Of a stretch of DNA of 64,000 nt, positions 30,951-41,604 are shown one piece after another; positions within the stretch are counted from its first letter, which is position 1; each line of letters starts with the position of its first letter. Below the pieces are notes generated by a model that was given only the letters and a program-made list of their open reading frames with translations, was not told the DNA's origin and ran no database searches. The DNA is taken from the NCBI RefSeq assembly GCF_022063185.1, contig NZ_CP091913.1, positions 4,563,141 through 4,627,140 on the forward strand. The letters are read 5' to 3'. This DNA is from Nostoc sp. UHCC 0870 (GTDB lineage: Bacteria; Cyanobacteriota; Cyanobacteriia; Cyanobacteriales; Nostocaceae). Position numbers and translations under genes: made by a program.

Positions 30951-33071
30951 CTACTTATCTTTTGGTAATTCTACTAGTATCTGACTGGTACTGTGGGCTG
31001 GTGATGTGGGAGGGACTATTGGTTGTGGATCTATGAGTGTTACCTCATCATTTTTATTGGTTTGATTCCATAAAATCATTGACAGCAACCCATCAACTAA
31101 ACCGTTGGTGCTGCCATTGCTACCGCCCACTAAGATATCAGGAATCAAGCGGACATTGCGATCGCCAATAATTTGCATGAGTTGCATGGCTGTATAACCT
31201 TGTGTTCCCAAGGCTTGCACACCAGTACGGTAGGTTTCAGCTTTGGCGTTACCTGTAGCCCTAATTCCTTCAGCTTCCGCGATCGCTTTGAGTTTGGTAG
31301 ATTCTGCTTCCCCATTCGCGTGCTTAATGTTTGCTTGGGCTTTCAGTTCCGCAATCTGCACACTTTGCTCTGATTTCACCATTTCTTGTTGAATATCAGC
31401 TAAGGCTGTCTCCCGGACAAGTTTTTGCCTTTGGGTTTGTGCCATCTGCTGTACTTCGTAAGTTTTGCGTTCTTCTTCGGCAATCTTACGTTCTGTTTGG
31501 GTTAACATCAGCGATGCTGGCGGCTGAATATCCCCAATTAAAGTATCAATTGCTTGCACGTCATAAGCCCGCAATGCTGCCTTAATATACTCTGAGGCTT
31601 CCACTTGGCGTTCACTCCGAGCGTTTAAAAAGTCTAGCACGGTGTAATCTTGCGCTGAGTTGCGGAAATAATTACCAATGCTGGGTTCAAGGACATTATC
31701 AACCAAGTTTTGCATTGCACCCACGCGGGAAATTACTTTCGGTGCATCCAACGCGCCGACATGGATGATTTGCGACACTTCTAAATCAAAGGCGAAACCA
31801 TCTTTAGAACGTACCGTTAAAGATTCTAAATTCGCGTCGTATTTATGCCTTTCTGTGCGTCCTGACCAGTTTAATACGATGTTAGTAGTTGGTACTAACT
31901 CTACTTTCATGATGCGGGTGTTAATAGGATGTTTACCCGGATACAGAGGTTCAACCCAGACACCTTTATGACCAGGATTCACTAAGTTACCGTGGGTAAA
32001 AGCTGCACCACTCACATCTTCTTGGGCTTTACCGACGAAAGAAATTACCACACCTACATAGCCAATGGGAATTTCCGTCATTGGTACTTGTTCAACATTG
32101 ACAAGCCAGGGATTGAGATTCCAAGAACCAGAAAGCAGAATTTGCTCTTGTAAACCCCTGCGTCCCCCACCATCCAAGAATTTCTGACCGTTTTGGAAGT
32201 TATCGTGTCCTGTAATCACTGTACCGGCAATTTCACCCCCAGCGATCGGCATCCCATCTAAGGTGGTAACGATGCCCACTTTATCAGATGCCACAGTATA
32301 CACGCGTAACTGTTCGGGAGTCATACCGTGAGATGTGGCGTTGGCAGCCATGATTACTTTAAACAGGGCAGTATTAATCCTGTATGTACCCGCAGTGATG
32401 AACCCCATTTGCCGCCCTTTTTCACCTCCTTGGGTGAGGAATTTTCGGGCATCTTGGAAATTATCACAATTGACGATTTTACCTAATATCCGTTCTGGTG
32501 GATTAGATTCGCCATCAGCAGCGACAATAACCGCAATTTCACCTTGAGGAACAACAACAACTGTCTCTTTGCGTACTGAATACTGCCAAGGCCAATAACC
32601 CCAGTGCCAACCAGGTGCTAAAGTGTCAGCCTGCAAGCCTGCTTCACCGTTGAGGGCTATTAGCTGTCCGGCTGGCAACCCTTTTCCAGAAATAGTAAAT
32701 TTTTTGACAACAATACCAACTTCCCGTTCGCCAATAACTACTAATCCTCCGAAGAACAGGGGAAAAAATATCACCAAACCACCAACCACCACCATCGGAA
32801 CAAGCACTAAAGGATCAACCCCAACGGCTTGATACTGCGTCCTGTTGATTTGTAATTGGGCAATATTTGGTTCTGTCTGCTCCATTGGGACGGATACAGA
32901 GGTAATTTCTTCTAAAATAGATGTTTTTACATTAGTAGCGTTGGCAGAGTTAATACTGCCCGCTAATGCTAAGGAAGCTATAAATGTAGTTGCAAAACAA
33001 GCTAATTTATTTTTTTTAGTCTTACCAAGGAAAGATGAAAAACTTTTCATAATTTGCGCCCTTCTGGGCAA
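30951..33071 (-). CDS. SPFH/band-7 domain protein, flotillin-like (long form, 706 aa)
   Basis: N-terminal TM segments, an SPFH domain, and a long Ala/Glu/Gln-rich coiled-coil region (EA repeats) typical of flotillins. Confidence 0.7.
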   Translation of the reverse strand: MPRRAQIMKSFSSFLGKTKKNKLACFATTFIASLALAGSINSANATNVKTSILEEITSVSVPMEQTEPNIAQLQINRTQYQAVGVDPLVLVPMVVVGGLVIFFPLFFGGLVVIGEREVGIVVKKFTISGKGLPAGQLIALNGEAGLQADTLAPGWHWGYWPWQYSVRKETVVVVPQGEIAVIVAADGESNPPERILGKIVNCDNFQDARKFLTQGGEKGRQMGFITAGTYRINTALFKVIMAANATSHGMTPEQLRVYTVASDKVGIVTTLDGMPIAGGEIAGTVITGHDNFQNGQKFLDGGGRRGLQEQILLSGSWNLNPWLVNVEQVPMTEIPIGYVGVVISFVGKAQEDVSGAAFTHGNLVNPGHKGVWVEPLYPGKHPINTRIMKVELVPTTNIVLNWSGRTERHKYDANLESLTVRSKDGFAFDLEVSQIIHVGALDAPKVISRVGAMQNLVDNVLEPSIGNYFRNSAQDYTVLDFLNARSERQVEASEYIKAALRAYDVQAIDTLIGDIQPPASLMLTQTERKIAEEERKTYEVQQMAQTQRQKLVRETALADIQQEMVKSEQSVQIAELKAQANIKHANGEAESTKLKAIAEAEGIRATGNAKAETYRTGVQALGTQGYTAMQLMQIIGDRNVRLIPDILVGGSNGSTNGLVDGLLSMILWNQTNKNDEVTLIDPQPIVPPTSPAHSTSQILVELPKDK

Positions 33072-33384
33072 CTAATTATCTAAAGTATCACTTCACTTGC
33101 TAAACACAGGTTTTCTTAAACTTGGTGTAATTTTTTGAGGTTTGTGTCTATAAAATCAGTACCTTTGGAGATTCTAAGATAATTTGCCTTACGGTCTACT
33201 GTATTAAGTGATACGGGGTTTTGTATGAACATTGGATGAAGTCATCCACTATCCCAGAGTGATTTGTGCGTAAATCTTCACCAAAATCAAGAATTTTGGG
33301 GTGTGGAACATTAGATAATTAAGGGTAATCAATTTGTCTAATGTACATCAGATAACCTGATTCTCTGTAAAAAGTAGGTAATTT

Positions 33385-34026
33385 ATGAAAAGTTTATTGT
33401 TAGGATTAGTAGCTATCTTGGCATTTGCTCCCAACGCTTATGGAGCAAAAATTGTATATAGTGAAGCCTCTCAAGGTGACTTATCTAGCGATAACTTGAA
33501 CCCAACAAAACTCAACCTGTTTAATGGTTCTAACCGCATCAATGGCTCGACAACCGGCAACCCCAATCTTGACCAAGATTTCTTTTCCATTACTATTCCC
33601 AATGGTCATTTACTGAATAAAATTATTCTGGCTGACTATAAAGGATTAGATGATGATCTACTCAATCAAGGATTTTTAGCGGTACAAGCAGGTGCGCTGA
33701 TTGAAAATAATACTGTTACTCAAAATACTCCTCAATTGCTGGGCGCAACAACTATTGGTGTAGGGACAGGAAAAGAAGTTGGTGATAATATCTTAGACGA
33801 TTTGAGTCAAGCGAATTCAATCAGGGGTTTTTCCTTTGTTGGCTTCCCTAGTGGTGTCCTTCAATCAGGAAATTATACTTTTTGGATTCAGGAAACTAAA
33901 AATGGTATAGAAAAATATGAATTAGATTTTGTAGTTTCCAAAATTCCTGAACCTTCTACCATCATAGGTTTAGGTGTGGTGCTGGGTAATGTTATACTGT
34001 TGAACCGGAAACGGCGTTTAGCGTGA
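33385..34026 (+). CDS. PEP-CTERM sorting-domain secreted protein
   Basis: Signal peptide plus a C-terminal PEP motif, TM helix and basic tail (IPEPSTIIGLGVVLGNVILLNRKRRLA). Confidence 0.65.
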   Translation: MKSLLLGLVAILAFAPNAYGAKIVYSEASQGDLSSDNLNPTKLNLFNGSNRINGSTTGNPNLDQDFFSITIPNGHLLNKIILADYKGLDDDLLNQGFLAVQAGALIENNTVTQNTPQLLGATTIGVGTGKEVGDNILDDLSQANSIRGFSFVGFPSGVLQSGNYTFWIQETKNGIEKYELDFVVSKIPEPSTIIGLGVVLGNVILLNRKRRLA

Positions 34027-34132
34027 CGACACAAACCTAACAATCTAAATTTATGTTGGGTTGCGCTACGCTTAACCCAACCTACTAGCTACGAGTTAGC
34101 TTTATGAGTGAAAATCAATCAGAGGATGATGT

Positions 34133-34210
34133 AGTAATGAGTAATGAGTATTGAGTAATGAGTATTGAGCGAGATTCCCCACTCAGCACTCAGCACTCAG
34201 CACTCATAAC
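34133..34210. repeat. inverted pair of heptamer arrays (GAGTAAT/GAGTATT, then CACTCAG) at the convergent 3' ends of the PEP-CTERM gene and murA
   Basis: gtaatgagtaatgagtattgag ... cactcagcactcagcactcagcactcataac read directly. Confidence 0.85.
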
Positions 34211-35434
34211 TTAATTCGTCGCTGCTTCTGTATCTACTGGGCTTTCACTTACGCGCAGGATTTTTGCGCCTAATTGTTGCAATTTCACATCCATTTGATC
34301 GTAGCCCCGATCAAGGTGATGTAATCCCTGGATTGTGGTTTGTCCTTCGGCGGCTAGTCCGGCTAAAACTAACGCTGCTGATGCTCGTAAGTCAGTCCCA
34401 ATCACTGGCGCACCAGATAGTATTGGCACTCCCCGCACAAAGGCAGTATTCCCTTTAACGCGGATGTCTGCACCCAAGCGGTTTAACTCGGAGGCATGAC
34501 GCAAGCGGTTTTCAAACACAGATTCGTTAATGATGCTGTCGCCTTCTGCCAAGGTGAGTAAGGCCATGAACGGTGCTTGCATATCTGTGGGAAAACCTGG
34601 ATGGGGCAAGGTGTCGATATCTGTTGCCTTGAGGATTTCCGCAGGTAGAATGCGTAAGCAGTCTGGTGCATCTTCAATGATGGTTACGCCAATATCCCGG
34701 AGTTTGGCAATCACTGGAATTAAATGATCTGGGACTACTGGGCAAAGGCTGATTTCTGAGCGCGTGATAGCTCCCGCTACTAAAAATGTCCCTGCCTCAA
34801 TGCGATCGGGAATAATCGAATAGTCGATAGAATGCAATTTGGGAACACCAACAACAGTTATGGTGCTAGTCCCCGCACCCTGTATTTTCGCCCCCATTGC
34901 ATTGCAGAAGTTAGCTAAATCTACTACTTCTGGCTCTCGTGCAGCATTTTCAAGAATGGTTTCGCCATCAGCTAGAGTAGCCGCCATCATTAAGGTTTCG
35001 GTTGCCCCCACACTGGGAGTATCTAAGTAGATTTTCGCACCTTTCAATCTACCATTACTACCAGGAACATAAGCATTACAAATACCATGTTCAATCTGTA
35101 CCTCTGCTCCCATTGCTTGCAGTCCTCGGACGTGCAAATCAACTGGTCTAGCACCAATGGCACAACCCCCTGGTAATGGCATTTGTGCCACCCCTAGACG
35201 GGCTAAAAGTGGGCCAATGGCAAAAAAACTAGCCCGCAATTGGGTAACTAGTTCGTAGGGAGCTTTTGATGTGGTGATTTCACTGGCATTGATATCTAAA
35301 ATATCAGCTTCTCTAGTTAGGCGTACACCCAACGCTGAGATTACTTCAGCCATCCGTTCTACGTCTGCCAACAAAGGAACGTTACGAATGCGACAATCTC
35401 CTGAACATAGCAAAGATCCAGCAATGATGACCAA
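34211..35434 (-). CDS. murA: UDP-N-acetylglucosamine 1-carboxyvinyltransferase. The ORF as tracked starts at TTG; the conserved N-terminus continues in-frame upstream to about 35590 without a canonical start codon
   Basis: Catalytic Cys region ([14 protein letters not shown]) and EPSP-synthase-like fold motifs. The upstream in-frame translation reads ...[32 protein letters not shown], the classic MurA N-terminus. Confidence 0.85.
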   Translation of the reverse strand: MVIIAGSLLCSGDCRIRNVPLLADVERMAEVISALGVRLTREADILDINASEITTSKAPYELVTQLRASFFAIGPLLARLGVAQMPLPGGCAIGARPVDLHVRGLQAMGAEVQIEHGICNAYVPGSNGRLKGAKIYLDTPSVGATETLMMAATLADGETILENAAREPEVVDLANFCNAMGAKIQGAGTSTITVVGVPKLHSIDYSIIPDRIEAGTFLVAGAITRSEISLCPVVPDHLIPVIAKLRDIGVTIIEDAPDCLRILPAEILKATDIDTLPHPGFPTDMQAPFMALLTLAEGDSIINESVFENRLRHASELNRLGADIRVKGNTAFVRGVPILSGAPVIGTDLRASAALVLAGLAAEGQTTIQGLHHLDRGYDQMDVKLQQLGAKILRVSESPVDTEAATN

Positions 35435-36094
35435 AGCTGAATTTTTTGCCCCGCTAATTTTTACCTGCCCCCGTAAAGGATGCCCACCCCATATTTGTAA
35501 GACTGAGGAGTCTACTTCAACAACAGGTTTAGCATCTGGTAAGCTGCTAGAAGGATTAATAAGTCTACCTCCAAAAAAAATAAGTACTTAATTTTATAAG
35601 CTAGAAGTTGGTTTTGATTCTACAGTAAAGAGCTGATTTGTCTACATTATTGTCTTTATTTTGTCCCTACATTGAACGTAACTCTGAGTAAATTTTGAAC
35701 TCCTAGTACCGCTACGCGGAAGTCATGAAAAGTTAGAACGTAGAGAAAAACGAAACCAGAAGCCTTGCCGTACTAAGCTGTTGGACATTTAGGGAACACC
35801 AAAAAATAAATTATCCGCAATTGATGGTTGGGTAGGGTGCGTCAGTATGAATAATTTCTGAGTATAGTTAGGTTCTATAGCACTGACGCACCCTACAGTT
35901 TGAATATTTTTTATCTGGAAGTTCCTTGACTTGACACTAAGGGCAAGATGCTTACCCCACAATAGTTAGGCGCATTCATCATATGCAAACTAGAGGTGCT
36001 TTAGCTTAGTACCCAGTCTCTAATCCTTTTCTAGGAAGTTGACAAACATTAATAATTAAGCAATAATAAGAAATTGTCGATATGCAAACCGCAG

Positions 36095-36176
36095 GCGGAA
36101 CTGGCGGAATTGGCAGACGCGCTAGATTCAGGTTCTAGTGCCGCAAGGCTTCCGGGTTCAAGTCCCGGGTTCCGCA
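36095..36176 (+). tRNA. tRNA-Leu (anticodon CAG), type II with a long variable arm
   Basis: Acceptor stem GCGGAAC/GTTCCGC, anticodon stem-loop CTAGA-TTCAGGT-TCTAG, T-arm GGGTTCAAGTCCC, discriminator A. No encoded CCA. Confidence 0.85.
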
Positions 36177-36192
36177 TAAATTTAAGTGCTGA

Positions 36193-37023
36193 GTGCTGAG
36201 AAAGAAATACTCGGCATTCGGCAGTCTTAATTCAGCACTACAGATGTTAACGAGTTTACAAAATCCTTTAGTTAAGCAAATCCGCAAGCTGCACTCTACC
36301 AAGGAACGCCATAGACAGCAGTTGTTTTTATTGGAAGGGACGCACTTGTTGGAGGAAGCTTGTGCGGTGAGTTATCCCCTAGAGGTGGTCTGTTGTACTC
36401 CAGAATGGGAAACAGCCCATGCAGGATTGTGGGAGTTGGCTTGTAGTTTATGCGATCGCGCGGAAATTGTCAGTCCAGAAGTTTTAAGTGCGATCGCTAC
36501 TACTGTACAACCAGATGGGGTAGTAGCGATCGCCAAACGCAGTGAACACCAACAGCAAGTTCCTTACACTGGCATAGTTTTAGCTGTAGAAACCATCCAA
36601 GACCCTGGTAACTTAGGGACAATGATTCGCACGGCGGCGGCGGCTGGTGCGTCGGGTTTATGGTTAAGTCAAGATAGCGTAGATTTAGATAATCCTAAAG
36701 TCTTGCGTGCTTCGGCTGGACAATGGTTTCGTCTAGCAACGGCGGTAAGTGAAGATTTAAAGACGACAGTACAGAATTGTCAGCAGGCGGGAATGCAGGT
36801 AGTAGCAACCTTGCCCACAGCCAAGTTAACTTATTGGGAAGTAGACTGGCAAAAACCTAGTTTGATTTTATTAGGAAATGAAGGTGCTGGCTTGTCGGCT
36901 GATTTAGCCGCAATGGCTGATAAGCAAGTCAAAATTCCCCTGAGTCCAGGCGTGGAGTCTTTGAATGTAGCGATTACCTCAGCCCTAATGCTATATGAAG
37001 CCCAGCGACAAAGGCGAGAGTGA
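36193..37023 (+). CDS. TrmH/SpoU-family RNA 2'-O-methyltransferase (RlmB-like). The real start is probably the internal Met at about 36244
   Basis: SpoU methylase motifs (GNEGAGLS, SLNVAITSALMLYE). Confidence 0.75.
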   Translation: MLRKKYSAFGSLNSALQMLTSLQNPLVKQIRKLHSTKERHRQQLFLLEGTHLLEEACAVSYPLEVVCCTPEWETAHAGLWELACSLCDRAEIVSPEVLSAIATTVQPDGVVAIAKRSEHQQQVPYTGIVLAVETIQDPGNLGTMIRTAAAAGASGLWLSQDSVDLDNPKVLRASAGQWFRLATAVSEDLKTTVQNCQQAGMQVVATLPTAKLTYWEVDWQKPSLILLGNEGAGLSADLAAMADKQVKIPLSPGVESLNVAITSALMLYEAQRQRRE

Positions 37024-37109
37024 GTAGTGAGTAATGAGTAATGAGTAGTGAGTAATGAGTAGTGAGTAGTGAGTAATGAGTAGTGAGTAGTGAGTAGTGA
37101 GTAGTGAGT
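37021..37109. repeat. heptamer array (TGAGTAG/TGAGTAA, about 12 copies) overlapping the trmH-family stop, followed by a CTCCCCTG array at 37134-37164
   Basis: tgagtagtgagtaatgagtaatgagtagtgag... read directly. Confidence 0.9.
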
Positions 37110-37166
37110 CAATAGTTATTTGTTTTTCTTCTTTGCTCCCCTGCTCCCCTGCTCCCCTGCTCCCTT

Positions 37167-37409
37167 CTAATTACTTTTTGTTCTTCCTTCTAGATATTGT
37201 TCAATATCAGCAACAGCGTCTTCCCAGGCGGCTAAATCAGCATCAGTTATATCTTCACTCGGCTCAACTGCATTGGCGTTACTCGTAAAGATATCTGGTA
37301 TCGCCTCATCCTCAGTCTCACTTTCAATTAAGATATCTTCCAACTGTTCTAGGGCTGCTTGAAACTCTTGATCAGCCTCGTGGCGATTGTGTTGCTGATT
37401 TGACTCCAT
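37167..37409 (-). CDS. hypothetical small acidic protein
   Basis: 80-aa ORF, highly acidic (D/E-rich). No domain. Low confidence that it is expressed. Confidence 0.3.
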   Translation of the reverse strand: MESNQQHNRHEADQEFQAALEQLEDILIESETEDEAIPDIFTSNANAVEPSEDITDADLAAWEDAVADIEQYLEGRTKSN

Positions 37410-37572
37410 AATTTTGATTTTAAAATTTTGATTGACAAATTAGACGTTAATTGCAATGCCTACAATAAATTTTGCCCACCTAAAATTATATTTACAGCTA
37501 TTTGCTGTATAAAGTTTACACCTAAACAGCTAGCTTTCAGACTCAAGAGACATTTTACCCACAAACAAATTT

Positions 37573-37602
37573 GTAGAGACGTTGCACTGCAACATCTCTA
37601 CA
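37573..37602. repeat. degenerate copy of the GTAGAGACGTTGC..GCAACGTCTCTAC palindrome
   Basis: gtagagacgttgcactgcaacatctctac, downstream of the flavodiiron gene stop. Confidence 0.7.
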
Positions 37603-37637
37603 AGGTCTAATGGTTCAGCAATTTAGCTTTTAAGCTT

Positions 37638-39440
37638 TTAGTAATGATTACCTGTTTTGCGGTGGTTGATGGCAGTTACATCATCGGGTTTGATGAGCTT
37701 ACCATTGTCAACGGTGGCGTAAACTACCCAATGGTCGCCGCATTCCATGCGTTGACTAACTGAGCATTCCACATAAGCGAGGGCATCAGTTAGCACAGTA
37801 CAACCGTTTTCAGCTTCCGTAGTGGTGAAGTTGGCAAAACGGTCTTCTCCGGGTTTGAAGTTTTTGCGGAAATGCTTCATGTATTCGCCGTGATTCTCTT
37901 CTGAGAGGATATTCAGGGCAAATTTACCACCGGGATACATGAGGGATTCTATAGCGCGTTCTTTAGCGATCGCCACAGTTAAGCCTGGAGGATTGAAGGT
38001 AGCTTGAGATACCCAAGAACCGAGCATTCCTGTAGATACTTCGCCTTGCTTGGCTGTAATCACGCAAACTGAACCGACAATCCTACCTACAGCTTGTTCT
38101 ACAGGGGTAGCGGCTTGTTGGGGTACACGTAATTTCTTAGCTTTCTTCAAGGTTTGGGCGAAGTCTGTACCCACTTCTTCGCAATACTTGAGGGTGACAT
38201 CGTCGGGTTTAAACTTAACTTTTAAGGTGTCCACACCGAAGCGATATCCAGCATCGCGGAGTTTACCTTCAATCATGTCTAAGGCTTCACCACTCCAGCC
38301 GTAAGAACCAAATACCCCAGCTAGTTTATTGTTATCACCCACTTTCAGGACAATACCCAAAGCGGTGTGAATGGGGGTTGGTGCATGACCGCCAATGGTG
38401 GGTGAACCGATAAGAAAACCGTCTGCTTTCTCTAAATTGGACTGGATTTCTTCCGGGGTGGCAAATTCACAGTTAATTGATTGGACTGCTACACCACCTT
38501 TAGTTAGTCCGAGTGCGATCGCCTGTGCAAGAGTTGCCGTATTACCGTAAGCTGAGGCATATAATAACGCCACAGAAATTTCCCGGTCTTTCTGAGCCAG
38601 ACTCCAATCAGCGTAGGCTTGGGTAAGTGCCATTAAACTGGTACGTACCAAAGGCCCATGACCTACACCATACATTCTCACCTGTAAGTCGGAAATCTTC
38701 TCCAATGCTGCTTCCACATGAATAGCATGGGGGGCCATCAAACAGTTGTAGTAGTAACGCTGGTCTTCCTTGAAGGATTCCCAGTTGTCATCAAACACAT
38801 CATCACTACAGATATGCACCCCAAACAGCTTATCTGTGTAGAGAATCTGGGTTTGTTGGTCATAGGTGCAAAGTCCTTCCGGCCAACGGGGGCTAGGAAT
38901 AGGCAAGAACTTCAACACATGACCCTTGCCTAAATCAAGGGTTTCTTTCCCCCGCATCACCAAAATACTTAAGCTGTCATCGGGGAACGCCGCCCGTAAA
39001 TTAGCTGCACCAGGAAGGGAACAAACAAAGGTAATTTGCGGAGCTAGTGCTAGCAAAGCCTTGAGGGTAGGTATACGGTTGGGGCTAAAGTGTCCCAGAA
39101 TGACGTAATCCAATTTTTTCAAATTGAGCGTCTGCTGTAATGCTTCTAGATAAATTGTCGTAAAAGTTTCAGCAGGGGGGTCAGTAATTGCAGTTTTATC
39201 ACCTTCGATTACATAAGAGTTAGAGGTAGTACCTCTTTCCAAGGCATATTCAATTTCAAACCGCAGACGTGACCAACTACGCGCTCTGAGAACTTTAGTA
39301 TCTGTAGCAATCGGAAGAACTTGTACGTCACGGGGCTTGGAATCGCTCATAGATTTTTTTTCAGATTTCTCAAAAAATTGGAAAAACCGGGTAGACTTTG
39401 CCCAGTTTTTAGTGGATTCGATGAAGCGGTGAAAATCCAT
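37638..39440 (-). CDS. flv: flavodiiron protein (MBL-like diiron domain + flavodoxin + C-terminal flavin reductase). Non-canonical diiron ligand motif (Flv1-type)
   Basis: Three-domain cyanobacterial Flv architecture. The diiron motif position reads GHFSPNRIP instead of H-x-E-x-D-H. Confidence 0.8.
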   Translation of the reverse strand: MDFHRFIESTKNWAKSTRFFQFFEKSEKKSMSDSKPRDVQVLPIATDTKVLRARSWSRLRFEIEYALERGTTSNSYVIEGDKTAITDPPAETFTTIYLEALQQTLNLKKLDYVILGHFSPNRIPTLKALLALAPQITFVCSLPGAANLRAAFPDDSLSILVMRGKETLDLGKGHVLKFLPIPSPRWPEGLCTYDQQTQILYTDKLFGVHICSDDVFDDNWESFKEDQRYYYNCLMAPHAIHVEAALEKISDLQVRMYGVGHGPLVRTSLMALTQAYADWSLAQKDREISVALLYASAYGNTATLAQAIALGLTKGGVAVQSINCEFATPEEIQSNLEKADGFLIGSPTIGGHAPTPIHTALGIVLKVGDNNKLAGVFGSYGWSGEALDMIEGKLRDAGYRFGVDTLKVKFKPDDVTLKYCEEVGTDFAQTLKKAKKLRVPQQAATPVEQAVGRIVGSVCVITAKQGEVSTGMLGSWVSQATFNPPGLTVAIAKERAIESLMYPGGKFALNILSEENHGEYMKHFRKNFKPGEDRFANFTTTEAENGCTVLTDALAYVECSVSQRMECGDHWVVYATVDNGKLIKPDDVTAINHRKTGNHY

Positions 39441-39462
39441 ATTATTCGGGAATGGTGATTGG

Positions 39463-39562
39463 CGATTGGGGACTGGGGACTGGGGATTGGGGATTGGGGT
39501 AAAATCTCCTCAGCTTCTTCTCTTCCCCTACACCCCTACACCCTTATACCCCTACACCCCTT
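39463..39562. repeat. heptamer arrays (GGGGACT/GGGGATT, then CCCCTACA) between the two flv genes
   Basis: gattggggactggggactggggattggggattgggg ... cccctacacccctacacccttatacccctacacccc. Confidence 0.9.
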
Positions 39563-41416
39563 TTAGTAGTAATTACCCACCTTACGGTGACGAACTGCGG
39601 TAAATCCATCGGATTTGGAAACACGACCTTCTTGGACTGTGCAGTATAAAAGCCAGTGGTCGCTGCATTCCATGCTGCTTTGGACTTCGCATTCCATGTA
39701 TGCTAAAGCGTCTGTGAGGATGGGAGAACCATTTTTAGCGGTTTGGGTTCTCACTCCTGTAAAGCGGTCAGCACCGGGCAGTAAACGCTTGAGGAAGTGC
39801 TTTTTCAGTTCTTGATAATTGCCTTCTTCTAAGACGTTGAGGACGAAGCGATCGCCTATTTGCATTAAGCTATCAATGGCGCGGTCTTTGGCTACAGCAA
39901 TGGTGAATCCTAATGGTTGCAAACTCGCCTGTGCTACCCAGGAAGCTAACATCGCGCTGCTAACATCACCTTTTTTGGTGGTGACAATATACAACCCGTT
40001 GCTAATCCGTCCCAAAGCCTTTTCCATGTTGACATCAAGGGCTTTGATTTGCTTGATGTTGCGTTCCCGTGTCAGCAATTGACCCAAGTCTGTACCTGCT
40101 TCGGTACACATTTGGTAGGTGGATGCACCGGGAACTTCTCGAATCCGAATGGCTGGGAAGGCTTCTTTTACGCCCAAGTCGATAAACTTCCGGCGAATTG
40201 TATCAACCGGTTCGTCATCGCCGCCGAAGCATTCAAACAAGCCGACTACTTGCTTATCTTTAATTACAGATAGCAAAGAACTAATACCAGCTTGGGCTGC
40301 AACGGAGGTTGTCGGGGGCATACCGATAATTAAACCAGCTGCTCTACCTGCCAATTCTTGGATTTCTTGGATGTCGGTGGTGCTGAGGTCAATGATTTCT
40401 ACACCCAGACCAGTTTTTTGGATACCTTCAGCTATGGCTTGACCAAGGCGATCGCTATATCCATAATCGGAGGTATAGAATAAACCAACAGTGGTTTCGG
40501 CTTTGGCTTGTCTTTGACTCCAACTTTGGTAGCACTCGGTCAAGACATCCAGGTGATGATACAACAACGGCCCGTGACCGTTGGCGATAATATTAATCTT
40601 GCCCAGTTCGCCCATCCGCTTCATTGCGTTCAGGAGAGAACGAGCATTTGGCCCCATGAGACAGTCATAGTAGAATCTAAAATCAGCTTCGATCGCTTCT
40701 AAATCTTCATCAAAAGTGCGATCGTCACAGAAGTGCATCCCAAAAGCATCACAAGTAAAGATGGTTTGGGTTTTGCGGTCATAACTAAAGATGGTGTCTG
40801 GCCAGTGGAGGTTAGGCGCACTCACGAATTCGATTTCGTGACCTTTACCAATATCGATGCGATCGCCACTTTTGACAATCCGCTTGGAGAAAGGATCATG
40901 TACCAAACCTTCCAAAAATTGCAACGCAATTTTAGAAGCCAAAACAGTTGCTCTTGGTGCTAATTGCAGCACATCTTCCACCAAACCACTATGGTCTGGT
41001 TCTGTATGACTGACAATAATGTAATCAATAGTCTTGGGGTTAACCAGACCTTTAAGTGTATCTAAATACAGTTGGCGAAACTTCTGGTGAGAAGTATCGA
41101 CTAAAACTGTTTGTTCACCCCTAATCAGATATGAATTATAAGTCGTACCGTTTTGCAGTCCGAATTCGATATCGAAGCGATCGCGATCCCAGTCTAGACA
41201 GCGAATCGCCGTAGTATTAGGGGCAATTTCTACAGTTTGTACAGTTAGCCGATGCTGAATTTCTGCGTTGGCGTTGCCGGTCGTAGACATCGCTACCATT
41301 ATTTTCTTCGTCTCCGAGCGCAAATAAACAGTATTGTTTCTTTGCCCCATTGTGCAGCTAACTGGATTTTTAAGTTGTAATGAAAACGCTATTTTCCAAA
41401 ATTCAATATGTAGCAA
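39563..41416 (-). CDS. flv: flavodiiron protein with a canonical H-x-E-x-D-H diiron site (Flv3-type). Upstream partner of the 37638-39440 gene
   Basis: The motif SHTEPDHSG is present. Same three-domain architecture, 617 aa. Confidence 0.8.
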   Translation of the reverse strand: MLHIEFWKIAFSLQLKNPVSCTMGQRNNTVYLRSETKKIMVAMSTTGNANAEIQHRLTVQTVEIAPNTTAIRCLDWDRDRFDIEFGLQNGTTYNSYLIRGEQTVLVDTSHQKFRQLYLDTLKGLVNPKTIDYIIVSHTEPDHSGLVEDVLQLAPRATVLASKIALQFLEGLVHDPFSKRIVKSGDRIDIGKGHEIEFVSAPNLHWPDTIFSYDRKTQTIFTCDAFGMHFCDDRTFDEDLEAIEADFRFYYDCLMGPNARSLLNAMKRMGELGKINIIANGHGPLLYHHLDVLTECYQSWSQRQAKAETTVGLFYTSDYGYSDRLGQAIAEGIQKTGLGVEIIDLSTTDIQEIQELAGRAAGLIIGMPPTTSVAAQAGISSLLSVIKDKQVVGLFECFGGDDEPVDTIRRKFIDLGVKEAFPAIRIREVPGASTYQMCTEAGTDLGQLLTRERNIKQIKALDVNMEKALGRISNGLYIVTTKKGDVSSAMLASWVAQASLQPLGFTIAVAKDRAIDSLMQIGDRFVLNVLEEGNYQELKKHFLKRLLPGADRFTGVRTQTAKNGSPILTDALAYMECEVQSSMECSDHWLLYCTVQEGRVSKSDGFTAVRHRKVGNYY

Positions 41417-41604
41417 ATAATGCCATTTTTCGGAATTATTTTTAACTAAATAAATCTCCGAATAACAGCGTGTATAAAGGGTATTAAGTTTTAAATGTTG
41501 ATGTTTCTTGGCATGATTTAAATTCCCTCACATATCATACATACCTTATTTATCATGGCAAGATTTCCGTAAGGAAAAGCATAGATTTCTCTACATTTAT
41601 AAGT

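Noticed and set aside
36831-37112. 93-aa minus-strand ORF (THYSLLTTHYSLL...)
   Set aside because: Its N-terminal half is a translated TGAGTAG-type repeat array. It overlaps the 3' end of the trmH-family gene on the opposite strand.
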